A stretch of 64,000 bases of DNA from an uncultured Verrucomicrobiae bacterium (GTDB taxonomy: Bacteria > Verrucomicrobiota > Verrucomicrobiia > Chthoniobacterales > JAFAMB01), in the NCBI GenBank assembly GCA_963837955.1, contig CAWIPH010000002.1, forward strand, positions 2,368,001 to 2,432,000. Reading direction: 5' to 3'. The notes below the pieces were generated by a model that was not told the origin of the DNA, searched no databases, and saw nothing but the letters and a program-made list of their open reading frames with translations. Within the stretch, counting starts at the first letter, position 1. Each line of letters begins with the position of its first letter. The translations under genes were made by a program, and so were the position numbers. Positions 60,806-64,000 of this stretch are shown here, piece after piece.

Positions 60806-61444
60806 TTAGTCCCGCTTCTTGTCCAACGCGCTAGCAGCCATGCGCCAGCCAAGTATAACAAAGAGGGCTCCAAAGAGACGCTCGATGGCGACCTGATATT
60901 TCACGTAAAGGTTGCGGAGGCTAGGGGTGGAGAAAAGGCTGCATAACGCGATTCGCCAGAGCAGCGAAATCAGGACAATCTCACTCCATATAGCCACTTT
61001 GACTAAACCAGACGTATCAAGGCGAAGCGATACGGCGAAGATACTGCCAAAAAACAGGATGGTCTTGGGGTTCGACAGATCAGTGGCCAGACCTCGAAGA
61101 AAACACTGCCACAGTCCAGGAACTTGGCTGCACTTGATACCGTCGGGGACAATACTTTTACCTAGGCACATTCGGATCCCTAAGAAAGTGAGGTAGGCAG
61201 CTCCGGCTAGCTTCAGTGCCTGGAAAAGCCATTCGCCTTGCGAGGTGAAGGTTGAGAAACCCAAGAGACCGATCATTGCGTAGAGCCCGTCACCGGTCAC
61301 CGCGCCCAGACCGGTGAAAAGTCCGGAGCGTTGACCCCCGCGTAGCGTGCTTTCAACGACCGCCAAAAAATTTGGTCCTGGGCTCACCAACCCGAGAAAG
61401 AAAAGCATTCCTGCGACTAGAACCGACTGAAACTCGGGCATCAT
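60806..61444 (-). CDS. LysE/RhtB-family exporter
   Basis: SPGPNF, AGAAYL, LSNPK. Confidence 0.9.
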   Translation of the reverse strand: MMPEFQSVLVAGMLFFLGLVSPGPNFLAVVESTLRGGQRSGLFTGLGAVTGDGLYAMIGLLGFSTFTSQGEWLFQALKLAGAAYLTFLGIRMCLGKSIVPDGIKCSQVPGLWQCFLRGLATDLSNPKTILFFGSIFAVSLRLDTSGLVKVAIWSEIVLISLLWRIALCSLFSTPSLRNLYVKYQVAIERLFGALFVILGWRMAASALDKKRD

Positions 61445-61579
61445 TAGAATTCCGTACGCGTTTTGTGGATGCGCAGCTAGTCGATTTTTAGATGCTTAGA
61501 TTCTTCAGCGAATAAAAAAAGCAAATCGACACCCACCTCTTTGCATCCGCGAATCTGAGAACAGCGCATCAATTCGCGC

Positions 61580-62944
61580 GTGCTCAAGCTTTCCTACCTT
61601 TCTTTTTTGTTAGGCGGTTGCGCCTTAGCCGGATTCGGGCTGTGGAAAATCACGGTTTCGACTGTTGTCTCTTCGCCCGCGATTAAAACAACGGAGAGAG
61701 TTTCAGCTCCGCCCAACAGTCCGTGTGCAATCGCTCTCGTGCCGCACGGCGGTGTCGAACAGATCGACCACGAAATAAGGCATCTGCAGGATGAAGCTCG
61801 GGCCGCTTCGAAGCGGAGTGAGACGATCAAACGCCTGGGATGGGCGTTCATCACAAAGGCCCGTTTAAGCTACGATCCTGGCTACTACAAGCTCGCGGAG
61901 CAGTGCTCACTCTGCGTGGAATCAGAGAACGCCAACGATCCAGACGCCATCCTGCTCCAAGGTCATATCTTGGACAGCTTGCACAAGTTCAAGGAAGCGG
62001 AATCCGTTGCGCGCAAACTGGTAACGATTCGGAATGAGGCGCTCGACCACGGGTTGTTAGGAGATGTCTTGATGGAACAGGGGCAGTTAGATCAAGCGGT
62101 AGTCTCCTATCAACAGATGATTAACCTCAGGCCGGACCTGCAAAGCTATACCCGGATAGCTCATATGCGCTGGTTAAAGGGCGATCTCGAAGGCGCGATC
62201 GAAGTGATGCAGATGGCGGTGACAGGAGGCAGTCCGCGTGAATCGGAACCGACCGCATGGGCTTATACGCGGTTAGGTTTTTATGAACTACAAGCTGGCA
62301 ATAGTGAGATTGCCGCAAAATCAGCGGGAATCGCGCTGCAATTCACAGACAATTACGCGGTCGCGCTTCTTCTGCGCGGCCGGATCCTGTTGACCCAAGG
62401 TAAAGGTGTGGAGGCTATTGAATCTCTCCAACATGCAGCAACTCTCACTTCGCTGCCGGAGTACCAATGGACGCTGGCAGACGCCTTGAGAGAAGTGGGT
62501 AAAGCGCAGGCGGCGGAAGATGTGGAGAGCCAATTAATCAGGAATGGTGCGGTTAACGATCCGCGGACGTTTGCGCTTTATCTGGCAACCAGAGGTCAAC
62601 GAATCCAACAGGCACTCGCGCTAGCTGAAGAGGAACTGAAGACTCGCGCTGATGTCTTTACTCTGGACGCCGTTGCGTGGGCCTTAAAAGCCAATGGACG
62701 CCTCGATGAAGCGCGGGATTACTCCGAAAGGTCGCGGAAGGAAGGAACGCTGGACGCCCGACTTTTTTATCATGCCGGGTCTATCGCCATGGCGCGATGC
62801 GACTACGCGGATGCTCGAGAGTGTTTCAGGCGAGCCGACCAAATCAAACAGACCCTGATGCCTTCAGAAAGAGACGATTTGAACAAACAATTTGCTGCGC
62901 TCAACGAGCTGGAAAAATCCCCCGCTATCACGCTCAGCAAGTAA
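61580..62944 (+). CDS. Membrane-anchored/secreted tetratricopeptide-repeat protein
   Basis: N-terminal hydrophobic segment, helical repeats (LLGDVLMEQG, YTRIAHMRWLKGD, LDAVAWAL). Confidence 0.85.
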   Translation: MLKLSYLSFLLGGCALAGFGLWKITVSTVVSSPAIKTTERVSAPPNSPCAIALVPHGGVEQIDHEIRHLQDEARAASKRSETIKRLGWAFITKARLSYDPGYYKLAEQCSLCVESENANDPDAILLQGHILDSLHKFKEAESVARKLVTIRNEALDHGLLGDVLMEQGQLDQAVVSYQQMINLRPDLQSYTRIAHMRWLKGDLEGAIEVMQMAVTGGSPRESEPTAWAYTRLGFYELQAGNSEIAAKSAGIALQFTDNYAVALLLRGRILLTQGKGVEAIESLQHAATLTSLPEYQWTLADALREVGKAQAAEDVESQLIRNGAVNDPRTFALYLATRGQRIQQALALAEEELKTRADVFTLDAVAWALKANGRLDEARDYSERSRKEGTLDARLFYHAGSIAMARCDYADARECFRRADQIKQTLMPSERDDLNKQFAALNELEKSPAITLSK

Positions 62945-62948
62945 CCCA

Positions 62949-64000
62949 ATGAACAAGAAAAACAAAAGAACCATGAAAGTTCCACGCAGAGCTTTTGCAA
63001 TTACCTGGCTCAGTGCGGCATTTTCCGCGCTAGTCCTCGCACCAGGCAGTGCCACGGCATCCAGTCATATGGATGCACCCCTTATAACCCTCGATCCGGC
63101 AGCTAACACTACAGACGTATACGCGTTCGTTTCACAGGTGAATGGGGTCAAATACCTCACGGCGGCTCTCGCCGTCTATCCATTTGAGGAGCCGAGCATC
63201 GGTCCGAACAAATATAACTTCGATGACAATGTGCTCTACGAGATCCACGTTTCCACCGGTGCCGACTTGCCAGTTGGGGAAGCGACGATTAGTTATCAAT
63301 TCAGATTCAAAACAACGTTCAAGAACGAAAACACGATTGCGCAATCTTTCCTCGGACCGATTCAACATGTTGACGACGCAAACCAGAATCTGACCCAACT
63401 CTATACCGTCACTAAAGTTGTCCGCAGCGAGAAACGCGAGGATAGCGGAAATCGAGTCGAGGTTCTCGGTGAGAATCTAACGGTCCCACCAAACAATCAG
63501 GGGCTAGTTACCCCGCACTATAACCAGGGCGAAAATGGCAATCTACCCGCCAAAGAAGGTGTTGCTGACCCCACGCTATTGGATGTCTATACTTCCGAGA
63601 CGATTCACAAGCTAGGCAAAGGCTATGTCGTGTTTGCCGGACAGAGAGATGACGGCTTTTATGCGAACATTCAGAGCATTTTCGACCTCGACACGACCTT
63701 CTCCGGCCCAGAAAGACCGTTAGACAGTCAAGCCGGATTTAACGTCCACACGATTGTAATCAATATTCCTGTCTCTGAATTGGGTGGTGACCAACAGATT
63801 GTCGGCGTGTATGCAACTACCAGCCGTAAAGCAATGACCGTGTTGCGCGATCCAAGAGCTCCTCGGCACTCGGGTGAATTTGTCCAGGTCGGTCGTCAAG
63901 GTAATCCCGCGTTCTGTGAGTTGCTGGTCGCCGGGAAGGACAAAGATCTCTATAATGAGACGCCACCGACGGTCGATCAGAGTCTCTTTAAAAAGTATGC
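62949..64000 (+). CDS. DUF4331-family secreted protein, runs off the window (not in ORF track)
   Basis: Signal peptide then ASSHMDAPLI..NTTDVYAF, FDDNVLYEIH, FAGQRDDGFY, GFNVHTI, QVGRQGNP. Confidence 0.85.
   Translation, partial: MNKKNKRTMKVPRRAFAITWLSAAFSALVLAPGSATASSHMDAPLITLDPAANTTDVYAFVSQVNGVKYLTAALAVYPFEEPSIGPNKYNFDDNVLYEIHVSTGADLPVGEATISYQFRFKTTFKNENTIAQSFLGPIQHVDDANQNLTQLYTVTKVVRSEKREDSGNRVEVLGENLTVPPNNQGLVTPHYNQGENGNLPAKEGVADPTLLDVYTSETIHKLGKGYVVFAGQRDDGFYANIQSIFDLDTTFSGPERPLDSQAGFNVHTIVINIPVSELGGDQQIVGVYATTSRKAMTVLRDPRAPRHSGEFVQVGRQGNPAFCELLVAGKDKDLYNETPPTVDQSLFKKY

Overview
Bacterial chromosomal window, roughly mid-50s % GC by eye. The repeat types and protein style suggest a soil Verrucomicrobiota/Chthoniobacterales-like organism (inference). 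No rRNA, tRNA, CRISPR array or intact transposase was seen. Contents in order: a divergent TIGR04283/TIGR04282-like glycosyltransferase pair; an acyl-CoA dehydrogenase; a leucine/isovalerate catabolic operon (liuBCDE-like) facing birA; an OPT transporter; a hopanoid C-3 methylase (hpnR); a repeat-dense zone with decaying genes; an autotransporter-like surface protein; a complete phenolic to hydroxyquinol to 3-oxoadipate cluster (ABC importer, IclR/PcaR regulator with visible operators, two-component flavin monooxygenase and an embedded kinase-less FAD synthetase); miscellaneous enzymes; and a 15-kb nucleotide/nucleoside scavenging region. That region holds GntR, an ECF transporter, a PfkB-kinase/ADP-ribosylglycohydrolase fusion, a nucleoside hydrolase, a sigma54-driven TonB-dependent receptor and a BMP-type ABC importer. 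The window ends with NDH-2, PNPOx-like, LysE and a TPR/DUF4331 pair. Intergenic DNA is crowded with REP/REPIN-like palindrome families, including one whose hairpin loop carries variable 30-40 nt cargo and which nests inside other REPs, plus an IS481-like MITE. Three single-base indels (1496, 32503, 57259) look like sequencing errors. All family assignments are from motif recognition by eye; no database search was run.
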